Below, piece by piece: positions 7,628 to 17,360 of a stretch of 64,000 nt of DNA. The stretch is from Thermostichus sp. DRC_bins_24 (GTDB lineage Bacteria; Cyanobacteriota; Cyanobacteriia; Thermostichales; Thermostichaceae), in NCBI GenBank assembly GCA_039794845.1, contig JAUQVK010000035.1, forward strand, positions 1 through 64,000. The letters run 5' to 3'. Each line of letters begins with the position of its first letter. Within the stretch, counting starts at the first letter, position 1. Under the pieces are notes generated by a model that ran no database searches, was not told where the DNA came from, and was given only the letters and a program-made list of their open reading frames with translations. The position numbers and the translations under genes are program-made.

Positions 7628-10600
7628 ATGTCTTCTGTTGCGCTGACGGGTTTGGATCCCACCTTGTTGGTTCAGCTCCAGGCTGCTAACGAAATTGTGC
7701 AGGAATTGGTGTTGCTGGCTTCGCCTCTGCCCGGGGAGGGTGGAGAAGTGGAGTCGGCGGTAGCGGGATTAGAGCATTGCCCCCTGAACCTGGCCCAAAC
7801 TCTGGTGCAGCAGGTGGTGAATCGCTTGGGGGCGGCCTCTGCCCGCATTTGGTTTTTCGACCCACAGCAGGGCTGTTTTCGGTCGGTGGCTCATGCTGGT
7901 TTGCTCAGCCCTGCCCAGGAGCAGGTGGAGCGGATTTACCCCGATAGCAGCCCCTTGGGGCGTGTGGCGCAGCAAGGGTTGCCGCTCTTGAGCAACAATC
8001 CGGCTCAAGAACCCTGGATGCCCGCCCCGGAGTGGGTGGAGGCCCATCATCTGCGCAGCTTTGTTGCTTACCCGATCAGCCGGGGGGAGGAGCGGTTGGG
8101 GGCTTTGGCCTTGTTTAGCCATACCCCTTTGGATGGCAGCTTTCTGGAGGTGGTGAAGTTTCTCTGCTCTTATGCCGCCAGCGCCATCATCAACGCGCAG
8201 CTGCTGGAGCGCAGCCAACGGCAGGCGGCCCGAGAGGCTTTGTTGAACCGCATCACCAGTACGGTGCATCGCTCTTTGCATTGGGATCAGATTGTCGCCA
8301 GAGCTTTGCAGGAGCTGCAGCAGACCCTCTTGGGGCTAAAAGGGCTCAGCCGCTGCTGTTTTTACAGCCTCAACCCCAGCCAACAAACCATTCAAGTGAC
8401 CCACGAGGCCCACAGCGCCGGGTTAACCCCCTCTCTGGGCCGGGTCTACCCCATGCAAGATTTTGGTCCTCTGTGTGAGCCGCTGCGGCAAGGGCAAGTG
8501 GTACAAATTGCTCTGCCTCTGCCGCCAGACCAAGATCCCTTGCCACCGGAAGGACTGGCGGCTTTTCAAGCGTTGCAGGCCCGCTCGGCGGTGTTGATCC
8601 CGGTGCAGTCGGTTGGCTCGGCAGGGGTGGAGTTTTTTGAATCGGGGTCGGGAGATCCCCACTTGGGAGGGTCGGCTCCAGAACCGGAGGGGATGATCGG
8701 CTTGTTGGGGGTATACATGACCACCCCCCACCCCTGGCAACCGGAAGAGATCGAGCTGTTGCGCTCGGTGGCCTACCAACTGGCCATTGCCCTGACGCGC
8801 TCCAGCTTGTTCGATCATGCCCGCCAACAGACGGAACGGCTGGCCCTGTTGCACTCAATCACTGCGGCGATTCGCTCTAGCTTAGAGCCAACCACCCTCT
8901 TCCATGCGATCACGCAGCAGATCGGGGTGGCCTTTCAGGCGGATGTCTGTACCTTGGCCCTTTGGCAGCCGGAACAGGAACTGTTGCATCCTGTCGGCAT
9001 TTATGCCCCGCAGCTTACCCCCACTCAATTGGAAGCACTGTTGCCGGGGATGGCTTTGCTGGGGGGATCCCCAGAACTTCCCTGGGTAGAGCCCGGGATC
9101 CCGCAAGCCCTGCCGGAAACCATCAAGGCCAAGTTGCGCTTGGGGGGCAGTTTGCTGGCTAGGTTAACAGGGCCAGTGGTGCTGCCGGATCCGAAGACGC
9201 TGCTGCACTGCTTGGCGGATCTGGAGCCGCGACGTCAGGGCAGTGGGCTGTTGCTGGTTCCCCTTTTCGCCGCCGGCAATCCCGGTTCTACTCCACAAGG
9301 TGCAGAGCACCGCAGGCAGGAGCTTTTGGGGGGAATCGCCTTGATGCGTCATCCCCAACCGGGATCCCTGGTTCCCCCCCCTTGGCAAGCGGATGATCTG
9401 GAACTGGCAGAAGCGGTGGCGGAGCAGGCGGCTATGGCCATTGGTCAGGCGCGACTGTTGAAACAAACCCAGCACCTCTTGGTACAAACCCGGCAACAGG
9501 CGGAACAGGCTTCCCTGCTCAACCGCATGACCGATCGCATTCGTCATTCTTTGGATCTGGATGAGATTTTGCAGTCGGCAGTTGAAGAAGTTGGCCGAGC
9601 CCTGCAAGCCTGCCGGGCCCAATTTGTCTTTTTCGACCCGGCTCAGGAAACCGGTATCTTTCGTTATGCCTACGCACGACCCGGTATTGATAGCTGGCTG
9701 GGTCGTCGCATTCCCATCCGGGACAACCCGATTGCCCCCTACCTGGAGGCACAGGCGGATCCCTTGGAAATTCGCATTTGGTCGGGGCTGGAAAGTTTCG
9801 ACGCAGAAAGTCGCAGACGGTTTCAGGAGGCGGGGGTGAGGACGGTGATCTCCGCCAGTTTGCAACTGGGATCCGGCACCTTTGGGGTGTTGAGCGTGCA
9901 TCGCTGTCATGCCGACTATCTTGCTGTGCAAGGTGCGGAACACCCTCTTGCTGTGGAAGGTGCGGAGTCCCTTGGCCAAGCTGGGGATCGCCCTGCCTGT
10001 TTAGAGGATTGGTCGCCTGCGGATCAAACCCTGTTGCGCTTGGTGGCTGAACAGCTGATCTTGGCCATCACCCATTCCCGCCTCTACGAAAAAACTCAGC
10101 AGCAGGCCCGCCGCGAGACCCTGTTGAATGAGTTGACTGCTCAGATTCGCACCTCTTTGGAGCCGCGCCAGGTGTTGTACTCCATCGTCCGGTCTTTGGA
10201 GGCAGCTTTGCAGTTGGATGGGGGTGCACAGGGGTCGCCGGACGCCAGCAGCCGGGGATCCCGTGACCGCTGTGAGATTATCCTCTACCGCTCGCAGCCC
10301 AGTGTGCGGCAGGACTGGATCGAGCATTGCCACTCCTTTTTGCGCTGGATGGATACCCGACCCCTGGCGGATGGAACCCCCTTTGTAGAGGGGCTGGCCC
10401 AGATGCGGCAGCCGGTGGTTTGGTCGGAGGGGATCTTTGTGCGTGGCTCAATGCAGGAGGATCCCCTCAAGGAAGTGCCGATTCCCTTTCATTCCTTCCG
10501 GGATCCGCGGCTGGTACTGCATACTCCCCAGCTGGGGCAAGCGGGGGATGGTGCTCCGCCCCTTGCCGAGCAAGAACGCTTTTTGGAGGCCCGTTTGGAG

Positions 10601-12343
10601 TTTTGCCTCATGCACCCCGATACCTACGAGCTGTTGCGGCGGGGGGAACCGTTTCTCCTCAAGGATGCCCGGCGGGATCCCCTCTACCCGGATTTGGGCG
10701 AAGAGGTAACGGAGCGGCTGCGCTACCTTTTCCAGGTGTTGGCCATTCGCAGCATGGCCCTGATCCCCATTCGTCAGGAGGGGGAGTTGATCGGCACAAT
10801 TGCCCTGATCGCCGATCCGCACCCGCGGGAGTTTCGCCCGGAGGAGCTGTCCTTGGCCATGGCGGTGGCGGAACAGGCGGGGATCGCCCTCAAACAGGCG
10901 CAGCTCTACGAACAAACCCGCATCTCTGCCCAACGGGAAAGCCTACTGCGTCAGATTGCCCAGCGCCTCAGTGGCACCTACGATCCTCAGCAGGTGGTGC
11001 AAATCGCCCTCGAGGGTATGGCGGATGCTCTGCAAATTAGCCAGTGTGACTTTATCGCCCTGCAGGATCCCTGTGCTGCGGGGTTGCCCGGTCGGAGGAC
11101 ACAGGATCAAGCCGCTGCGGATCCTTTGCCCCATTGGCCAACTCCCTCCGAACCCCTGAAGGTTCTACAAGAATATCGCCGTCAACCGGGGATCCCTTCT
11201 CATTTGGGGCAGACGGTGCCTCCTGATTTGAATTGGCTGCTCCTGCTCAACTGCTATGGCAGCCGCGATACCCTCTTGATTCAGGATGTGAACCAGTTCC
11301 CGTTGCCCGCCCAAACCCGACGAAATCTGTTGCAGTCGGGGATCCGCTCTTTGTTGTGTGTGCCCATGACCACCGATGCCGACCAGATCGCGGGGGTACT
11401 CTGTGCCTTTACTCCACCGGAAGCCGCGGATGCCGGCGGTACCCTCACCCGTTCCGAAGGAACGGGCTTTTCCGAAAGCGAGACGGATTTGGTGAAGGCC
11501 TTGGCGGATATCGCAGCGGTGGCTTTGCAACGGGCCTTGTTTTACGAACGGGTGCGGCGGCAGGAAGCAACGGCAGCGGCCTTGCGGGGCCTCACGGAGG
11601 GGCGAGAGGCAGAAAGTCGGCGTTTGGCAGCGGATTTGCACGATCAAACCCTGGCGGATCTGGGGGCCTTGTCTCGCCAAATTCAGGAGCTTTCCTGCGA
11701 TCCCACCATCGGTCAGTCGGGGCAGGATCGGTTGCAGGCCATGAGTGCCCAACTGCGGGAGACCATCGCTGAGCTGCGCGGAATTGTAGAAGACTTGCAG
11801 CCGACGGCAATGCGGGCCTTTAACCTCGGCCCCGCCCTGCGCAGCCTTCTGGAACGTGCCGCCCAACGCTCCGCCCATCCCCTTGTAACCCGCTTTGATG
11901 ATCGGGCCAATGGGTTGCTGTCCCGTCTTAGCCCCGCTTGCCAGAGCAGCATTTTCCGCATCGTGCAAGAAGCCCTGAACAACATCGTCAAACATGCCGG
12001 GGCGCAGCGGATCGACATCACCATTCAGCCGAAGGCACTGGGCACCCGTCCGTCCGGGGGGTACGACTCAGGGGACGGTTCCTTGCCCGACCCTCGAGAT
12101 CCCTACACCCACCTGGAGTTGAAGATCATCGACAATGGCCGGGGCATGCCGCAAGGTGACCCAGAGCTTGGGTCGCAAGGGGAGCCCAACCCAGAAACCC
12201 CCGGGCCGCGCAGTCATGGGCATGGCCTTCTAAATATGCGCTACCGGGCCGAGTTGATTGGGGCGACAATCGCCTGGCGTACTCGCCGCTTTGGCAGTGG
12301 CACTGTGGTGGAGTTGCTGATCCCTTTGCCCCCACCCCCCTGA
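7628..12343 (+). CDS. Cytoplasmic multi-GAF sensor histidine kinase, NarX/HisKA_3 type
   Basis: About six GAF repeats with LxxVAxQxAIAL linker helices, H-box RRLAADLHDQ, FRIVQEALNNIVKHA, DNGRG, GHGLLNMRYRA. No transmembrane segments. Confidence 0.9.
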   Translation: MSSVALTGLDPTLLVQLQAANEIVQELVLLASPLPGEGGEVESAVAGLEHCPLNLAQTLVQQVVNRLGAASARIWFFDPQQGCFRSVAHAGLLSPAQEQVERIYPDSSPLGRVAQQGLPLLSNNPAQEPWMPAPEWVEAHHLRSFVAYPISRGEERLGALALFSHTPLDGSFLEVVKFLCSYAASAIINAQLLERSQRQAAREALLNRITSTVHRSLHWDQIVARALQELQQTLLGLKGLSRCCFYSLNPSQQTIQVTHEAHSAGLTPSLGRVYPMQDFGPLCEPLRQGQVVQIALPLPPDQDPLPPEGLAAFQALQARSAVLIPVQSVGSAGVEFFESGSGDPHLGGSAPEPEGMIGLLGVYMTTPHPWQPEEIELLRSVAYQLAIALTRSSLFDHARQQTERLALLHSITAAIRSSLEPTTLFHAITQQIGVAFQADVCTLALWQPEQELLHPVGIYAPQLTPTQLEALLPGMALLGGSPELPWVEPGIPQALPETIKAKLRLGGSLLARLTGPVVLPDPKTLLHCLADLEPRRQGSGLLLVPLFAAGNPGSTPQGAEHRRQELLGGIALMRHPQPGSLVPPPWQADDLELAEAVAEQAAMAIGQARLLKQTQHLLVQTRQQAEQASLLNRMTDRIRHSLDLDEILQSAVEEVGRALQACRAQFVFFDPAQETGIFRYAYARPGIDSWLGRRIPIRDNPIAPYLEAQADPLEIRIWSGLESFDAESRRRFQEAGVRTVISASLQLGSGTFGVLSVHRCHADYLAVQGAEHPLAVEGAESLGQAGDRPACLEDWSPADQTLLRLVAEQLILAITHSRLYEKTQQQARRETLLNELTAQIRTSLEPRQVLYSIVRSLEAALQLDGGAQGSPDASSRGSRDRCEIILYRSQPSVRQDWIEHCHSFLRWMDTRPLADGTPFVEGLAQMRQPVVWSEGIFVRGSMQEDPLKEVPIPFHSFRDPRLVLHTPQLGQAGDGAPPLAEQERFLEARLEFCLMHPDTYELLRRGEPFLLKDARRDPLYPDLGEEVTERLRYLFQVLAIRSMALIPIRQEGELIGTIALIADPHPREFRPEELSLAMAVAEQAGIALKQAQLYEQTRISAQRESLLRQIAQRLSGTYDPQQVVQIALEGMADALQISQCDFIALQDPCAAGLPGRRTQDQAAADPLPHWPTPSEPLKVLQEYRRQPGIPSHLGQTVPPDLNWLLLLNCYGSRDTLLIQDVNQFPLPAQTRRNLLQSGIRSLLCVPMTTDADQIAGVLCAFTPPEAADAGGTLTRSEGTGFSESETDLVKALADIAAVALQRALFYERVRRQEATAAALRGLTEGREAESRRLAADLHDQTLADLGALSRQIQELSCDPTIGQSGQDRLQAMSAQLRETIAELRGIVEDLQPTAMRAFNLGPALRSLLERAAQRSAHPLVTRFDDRANGLLSRLSPACQSSIFRIVQEALNNIVKHAGAQRIDITIQPKALGTRPSGGYDSGDGSLPDPRDPYTHLELKIIDNGRGMPQGDPELGSQGEPNPETPGPRSHGHGLLNMRYRAELIGATIAWRTRRFGSGTVVELLIPLPPPP

Positions 12344-12493
12344 GGGATCCGTTGCCCACAAAGTAGCCGACGCATCATTCCCCGTTCCAACATGATTTAT
12401 AGTCATTGAAGCTCTGGGGATCCCTGACCCGGCAAGCCCCAAAGCGAGGAGCACCTGCCATCTGTCAATGCCGGGTTGTGAGGAGAAGCATCT

Positions 12494-13564
12494 GTGACCT
12501 ACCGTGTAACTTTGATCCCTGGGGATGGTATCGGCCCGGAAGTGGCCAAAGCGATGACCACTGTACTGGATGCTACCGGGATCCCGTTTGAATGGATCCC
12601 GGTGGATGCGGGGGTGGATGTGATCGAAAAATACGGCACCCCCTTGCCGCCGCAGGTGTTGGAGTCGATTCGAGAAACCCAACTGGCGATCAAAGGCCCG
12701 ATTGGCACGCCTGTGGGCACGGGTTTTCGCTCGGTAAATGTGGCGATTCGCAAGGAGCTGGATCTGTATGCCAACCTGCGCCCCGCCAAATCCATGATCG
12801 GGGTGAAAAGCCCTTTCCAAAACATCGACCTGGTGGTGGTGCGGGAAAACACCGAGGATCTCTACGCGGGCATTGAATTTGAGCACGGCACGCCCGAAGC
12901 CATCCAGGCGCGGGAACAGATGATGCAACTGTCTGGCAAACCCATCCGCGAGGGATCCGCCATCGGCATTAAACCGATCTCAGATTTTGGCAGCCGCCGC
13001 ATTGTGAAATTTGCCTTCGACTATGCTCGACAGAATGGCCGCAAAAAGGTGACGGCTGTTCACAAGGCCAACATCATGAAGTTCACCGATGGCCTGTTTC
13101 TGGAGGTGGCGCGGGATGTGGCCAAGGAGTATCCCGACATCGAATTCGAGGATCGCATCGTGGATAACATGTGCATGCAGTTGATGCAGAAGCCGGAACT
13201 CTACGATGTGTTGGTGCTAACCAATCTCTACGGTGACATCATTTCCGATTTGTGCGCGGGCATGATCGGCGGCTTGGGGGTGGCGCCTGGGGCCAATATC
13301 GGCGATGGCATGGCGGTGTTCGAGGCGATCCATGGCTCTGCACCGAAATATGCCGGCCAAAATAAGGTGAACCCGGTGGCTTTGATCCTTTCGGGGGTGA
13401 TGATGTTGCGCTACCTCGGGGAACGTGAGGCTGCCGAAAAGGTGGAGGCGGCAGTTCAGGCGGTGATTGCAGAGGGCAAGCGGGTCACCTACGATCTGGC
13501 CAAAGGGGATCCCGTCGGTACCCAAGAGATGGCCGAAGCAATCGCGGAGCGGGTAGCCGCTTAG
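12494..13564 (+). CDS. Isocitrate/isopropylmalate dehydrogenase family protein (NAD-dependent IDH-like)
   Basis: [44 protein letters not shown]. Confidence 0.92.
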   Translation: MTYRVTLIPGDGIGPEVAKAMTTVLDATGIPFEWIPVDAGVDVIEKYGTPLPPQVLESIRETQLAIKGPIGTPVGTGFRSVNVAIRKELDLYANLRPAKSMIGVKSPFQNIDLVVVRENTEDLYAGIEFEHGTPEAIQAREQMMQLSGKPIREGSAIGIKPISDFGSRRIVKFAFDYARQNGRKKVTAVHKANIMKFTDGLFLEVARDVAKEYPDIEFEDRIVDNMCMQLMQKPELYDVLVLTNLYGDIISDLCAGMIGGLGVAPGANIGDGMAVFEAIHGSAPKYAGQNKVNPVALILSGVMMLRYLGEREAAEKVEAAVQAVIAEGKRVTYDLAKGDPVGTQEMAEAIAERVAA

Positions 13565-13629
13565 CCATAGCCGCCAAAGTTCCGGGTTGGGTTTGTTAGG
13601 CTGGGATCCCTAGGGATCCGGTTGTACCC

Positions 13630-14103
13630 ATGTTGAGTCCTGCGTTTGCCGATGACTTCTCCTCTAGCTTGAAGATCGGCCAAGTGGCGCTGGCGGCGGG
13701 TTTGCCCGTGCGGACGGTGCGCTACTACGAGTCGATCGGCTTGCTAGACCCGACGGTGGAACGGGCGGAGTCTAACTATCGCTTATTTGCCCCGGCGGTA
13801 CTGGGGCGTTTGGCCTTTATCCGCCGTTGCCAAAGCTTGGGCCTGAGCCTGGAGGAGATCCGCGACATTCTCCGGATCCATGACCAAGGGGAACTGCCCT
13901 GCCAAGACCTTCGGGATCATCTGCAGGACAAGCTCCAAGAGATCGAACAGCGGATTGCCGATCTGCAAACCCTGAAGGGCCAAATTCAAAGCCTACTCTC
14001 GGACTGGCGCATCCCGCAGGGATCCCCGGCTGAAAACACCGTCATCTGCCCGATTTTGCAAAGCCCCGTTCGCGCCAGCGAGACGGAGTTCTTCGCCAGC
14101 TAG
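13630..14103 (+). CDS. MerR-family heavy-metal-responsive transcriptional regulator
   Basis: IGQVA...TVRYYESIGLL HTH, NYRLF, LSLEEIR, metal-site Cys residues in GELPC and CPIL. Confidence 0.92.
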   Translation: MLSPAFADDFSSSLKIGQVALAAGLPVRTVRYYESIGLLDPTVERAESNYRLFAPAVLGRLAFIRRCQSLGLSLEEIRDILRIHDQGELPCQDLRDHLQDKLQEIEQRIADLQTLKGQIQSLLSDWRIPQGSPAENTVICPILQSPVRASETEFFAS

Positions 14104-14244
14104 GTTTGGGGGCGCGCCATCTTTGAGTTAAGCATCATTAGTTAAGCATCATTTCAGCTTCTATTTTTTGGTGCTGAACCAAGGTTGAAAGGTCAAAAGA
14201 AGTACGATTGTGTTTCTTAGGGTTGTTCTATTACTGCTCCCTCT

Positions 14245-14305
14245 GGTCGCCCGCTGCCTCACCACCCCCTAACCCCTTCGGGGTATAGGCGGAGCACTGC
14301 AACGG
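14245..14305. mobile_element. Possible isolated IS200/IS605-family end (subterminal hairpin) remnant
   Basis: Imperfect palindrome CCTA-ACCCC-TTC-GGGGT-A-TAGG (cGAAg loop on the - strand) inside GCTGCCTCACCAC...GGAGCACTGC. Resembles the ssDNA hairpins at IS200/IS605 ends. No transposase nearby. Confidence 0.35.
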
Positions 14306-14445
14306 ATCTTGGTAGAGTTATTAGAAACAAATGCCTAACCACGCTCCTGCACGCCGACCGCTGGGTTTGTCGGTTACGGGCTCAAGGAGATCCATAGCAG
14401 GTGATGGACAACGTTGACCCTCCGGGTCGTGCGGAGCACGGCCAG

Positions 14446-16320
14446 CTACTCCACCGTCACCGATTTCGCCAAATTGCGGGGTTGATCCACATCCGCCCCC
14501 CGACGCAAAGCCATCGCATAAGAGAACAACTGTAACGGGATCGTATTCAAGATCGCCGACAGCAGTGGTGTGGTGCTGGGAACTTCGATGATGTGGTCGG
14601 CTTTTTCCCGCACCTGCGTGTCTTCGGGATTGATCAGGGCGATCACCCGTCCCCCCCGTGCCCTCACCTGTTCGATGTTGGAGAGCATTTTTTCGTAGAC
14701 GGGATCCCGGGTGGCAATACAGACCACAGGCATGCGCTCGTCGATGAGGGCAATCGGCCCGTGTTTCATTTCTCCCGCCGGGTAGCCTTCTGCGTGGATG
14801 TAGCTGATCTCTTTCATTTTCAGGGCCCCTTCAAGGGCAATCGGCGCATTCACCCAGCGGCCCAGGTAGAGCATATCCGTAACGTGGTGGTACTGATCCG
14901 CCAAGTAGTCGTAGAGGGTGGTGTCTTTCAGAAGCAGGCTAATTTTGCCCGGTAGCTCGATCACCGATTGCAGGTGGGTTTGTATTTGGGCCGGGGTGAG
15001 GATCCCTTTTGCTTGGGCGATCTGTAAAGCCAACAGGTACCCCGCCGTCAACATGCCCGTAAACACTTTGGTGGAGGCAACGGCGATCTCTGGCCCTGAG
15101 TGAATGTAGATTACCCCCCCATCCGCCAGGCGGCTGGCCTGGGATCCGATGGCGTTCAAAATACCCAATGTTGGGATCCCTTGCTCACGAGCCTCCGCCA
15201 TGGCTGCCAAGGTATCGACGGTCTCTCCCGACTGGGTCAGGGCCAGCAACAGGCTGGTTGGCTCCTCCGCATGGTTCGTCTGAACAGGCCGTAAGACAGG
15301 GTTGCGGTAGCGAAACTCCGAGGCATAGTCCACCTCCACACGGGTACGGGCAAGGCTCTCGATGAAATATTTGATTACCAGGCAGGCGTGCCAAGCGGTG
15401 CCACAGGCCACGGCATAAATGTGCTCCACCTTGGCCAGTTGCGCCTCCGAAAGGGCTAGCCCCTCCAGCGTGACCCGACCATGCTCAAGATCCACCCGGC
15501 CTCGCAGGGTATCGGTGGTGGTGCGGGGTTGCTCGAAGATCTCCTTTTGCATGAAATGCTTGTAGCCGCCCTTGGCTGCGGAGATCGGATCCCAGGCAAC
15601 GGTGGTGCTGCTTTTGCGCAGTTCTTCGCCGGTAATGCGCTGGTAACGTACGCTCGATTCGGTAAGGATGGCCATTTCCCCATCTTCCAAAAACACCACC
15701 TTGCGGGTATGGCGCACAATGGCGGGCAGATCCGAAGCCACGAAGTTTTCCCCTTCCCCTTCCCCAACCACTACAGCTCCGGCATTGCCCAAGCGAGCGG
15801 CGATCAGCCGATCCGGCGATTCCCGATCCAGGGCTACCACGGCATTGCCCCCGCGCAGTTGCCTCATCACCTGGCCGAAGGCCGCCTCAAAGGATCCCAG
15901 TTCTTCGGTGTAGAGGCCGAGCAGATGGGCGATCACTTCCGTATCGGTTTGGGAACGAAACGGGATCCCACGCGCCAGCAGGTGTTCTTTCAGCTCCAGG
16001 TAGTTCTCAACAATGCCGTTTTGGATCACCACAATGCGGCCCCGCTCATCGCAGTGGGGGTGGGCATTCTCCTCGGTAACACCGCCATGGGTGGCCCAGC
16101 GGGTATGGCCGATCCCCAATTTGGCCGTGGGCATATCGGCGGTGAGCTTCACCAGCAGATTGTGCAGTTTTCCGGTGGAACGGGCGATTTTCAGCCCCTG
16201 CTCAGGATCGACAGTGGCAATTCCGGCGGAGTCGTAGCCTCGATATTCTAGGGTGCGCAAGCCCTCCAACAGGATCGGAGCAGCCCACTGAAAGCCGACA
16301 TAGCCGACAATGCCGCACAT
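14446..16320 (-). CDS. glmS: Glutamine--fructose-6-phosphate transaminase (isomerizing)
   Basis: N-terminal MCGIVG, LEYRGYDSAG, GHTRWATHG, SQTDTEV, TQSGET, VASTK, GEMKHGP, C-terminal PRNLAKSVTVE. Confidence 0.98.
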   Translation of the reverse strand: MCGIVGYVGFQWAAPILLEGLRTLEYRGYDSAGIATVDPEQGLKIARSTGKLHNLLVKLTADMPTAKLGIGHTRWATHGGVTEENAHPHCDERGRIVVIQNGIVENYLELKEHLLARGIPFRSQTDTEVIAHLLGLYTEELGSFEAAFGQVMRQLRGGNAVVALDRESPDRLIAARLGNAGAVVVGEGEGENFVASDLPAIVRHTRKVVFLEDGEMAILTESSVRYQRITGEELRKSSTTVAWDPISAAKGGYKHFMQKEIFEQPRTTTDTLRGRVDLEHGRVTLEGLALSEAQLAKVEHIYAVACGTAWHACLVIKYFIESLARTRVEVDYASEFRYRNPVLRPVQTNHAEEPTSLLLALTQSGETVDTLAAMAEAREQGIPTLGILNAIGSQASRLADGGVIYIHSGPEIAVASTKVFTGMLTAGYLLALQIAQAKGILTPAQIQTHLQSVIELPGKISLLLKDTTLYDYLADQYHHVTDMLYLGRWVNAPIALEGALKMKEISYIHAEGYPAGEMKHGPIALIDERMPVVCIATRDPVYEKMLSNIEQVRARGGRVIALINPEDTQVREKADHIIEVPSTTPLLSAILNTIPLQLFSYAMALRRGADVDQPRNLAKSVTVE

Positions 16321-16643
16321 GATTCCACCTCACCTCAACCGGAATATCCCCCAAGTGACCCGGAACCCCGGTCACCAAAGCCTATCGCAGCTCCGGGATC
16401 CCTTCAATGGCCTTCGCCGTACTCAGGGGTGGAATGCCCTTCTGGACTCTGCCCAGCGCTCTGTTCAAATCGAGAGGGCATCAAAAGGGAGACTCGTTTG
16501 AGCCGTCCCGGCGGGCTGCCCACGTTTGATCTCAGATGATCTCAGAGTGGTTGTTGGTCGATGCTCACCTGAGTGGGGTGTCGGTTGGAACAGATAGAAC
16601 AGATAGTTAGAGATTTCAAATGTGGGGAATGAGCTCTTATCCC

Positions 16644-17189
16644 TCACCCTTTTGAGGAGCGCTCCAGCCGTGTCCGGTGGGGATCCGAAATTTCTGCCTT
16701 GACGCTGCGAAAATCCACCCGCTCGGTGTAGCGATCAAATTCTTCGTCGGTGAGGTTGGCGCTGGCATAGTAACCTGCTGTTACATCGCTGCTGAAGATG
16801 ATGATGTCGCCGTGAGCCAGATCGTGGGCCTGGACGCGGTGCCCATTAACGGTGATGCCGTTGGTGCTGCGCTTACCTTCCAGGTTGCCATCGATAATGC
16901 GGAATTGATATCCCTTGCCTCTTGGCCCTGGCATGCGCAGCAGAATGGCGTGTTGGCGAGAGACAAAGTTGGAATTGAGCAGGATGGCGCTGGCGGGATC
17001 CCGTCCGATGGAATAAGTGGCCGCCTCGAGGGAGATGGTGCGCCGTCCCTTGGTATCTTCCACCACCAAGACGTGACGAACCTGTCGGCGTTGGCCCTGG
17101 GTATCGCTTTCTTTGTCGAGGGGCGCCACATTCACTCCTAACAGAAGCACGGGATCCCAAGCGGATTGGGAATGCCTTGTTTGTATCAT
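16644..17189 (-). CDS. FHA domain protein
   Basis: SIGRD, VSRQHA, STNG and LAHGDII FHA motifs. Confidence 0.9.
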   Translation of the reverse strand: MIQTRHSQSAWDPVLLLGVNVAPLDKESDTQGQRRQVRHVLVVEDTKGRRTISLEAATYSIGRDPASAILLNSNFVSRQHAILLRMPGPRGKGYQFRIIDGNLEGKRSTNGITVNGHRVQAHDLAHGDIIIFSSDVTAGYYASANLTDEEFDRYTERVDFRSVKAEISDPHRTRLERSSKG

Positions 17190-17360
17190 TATCGACGTTC
17201 GCCCTCCAAGCCATTAGCTTGATAGTGGCAAGTCCAGCCTTGGAGGAGTGGTGATCTGGATCGCTTGTCCGGTTGGGTTTTGGCCAGATCTGCTCGAGCT
17301 TCCCTAGATAGGACAACGTCTCTGTATAGGTATTAAACTCTACATCCTCTGCACCTTCAC

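Noticed and set aside
9530..10080. Cyanobacteriochrome GAF in the large kinase
   Set aside because: It has an HRC segment like CBCR 'HQC' but lacks the chromophore-binding CH and DXCF motifs.
16325..16640. Canonical glmS ribozyme upstream of glmS
   Set aside because: The AGCGCC cleavage-site and GACGAGG core sequences are not present on the transcribed strand.
16465..16647. 60-aa ORF in the glmS leader as a leader peptide
   Set aside because: No recognisable features, and its frame runs through non-triplet tandem duplication; more likely incidental.
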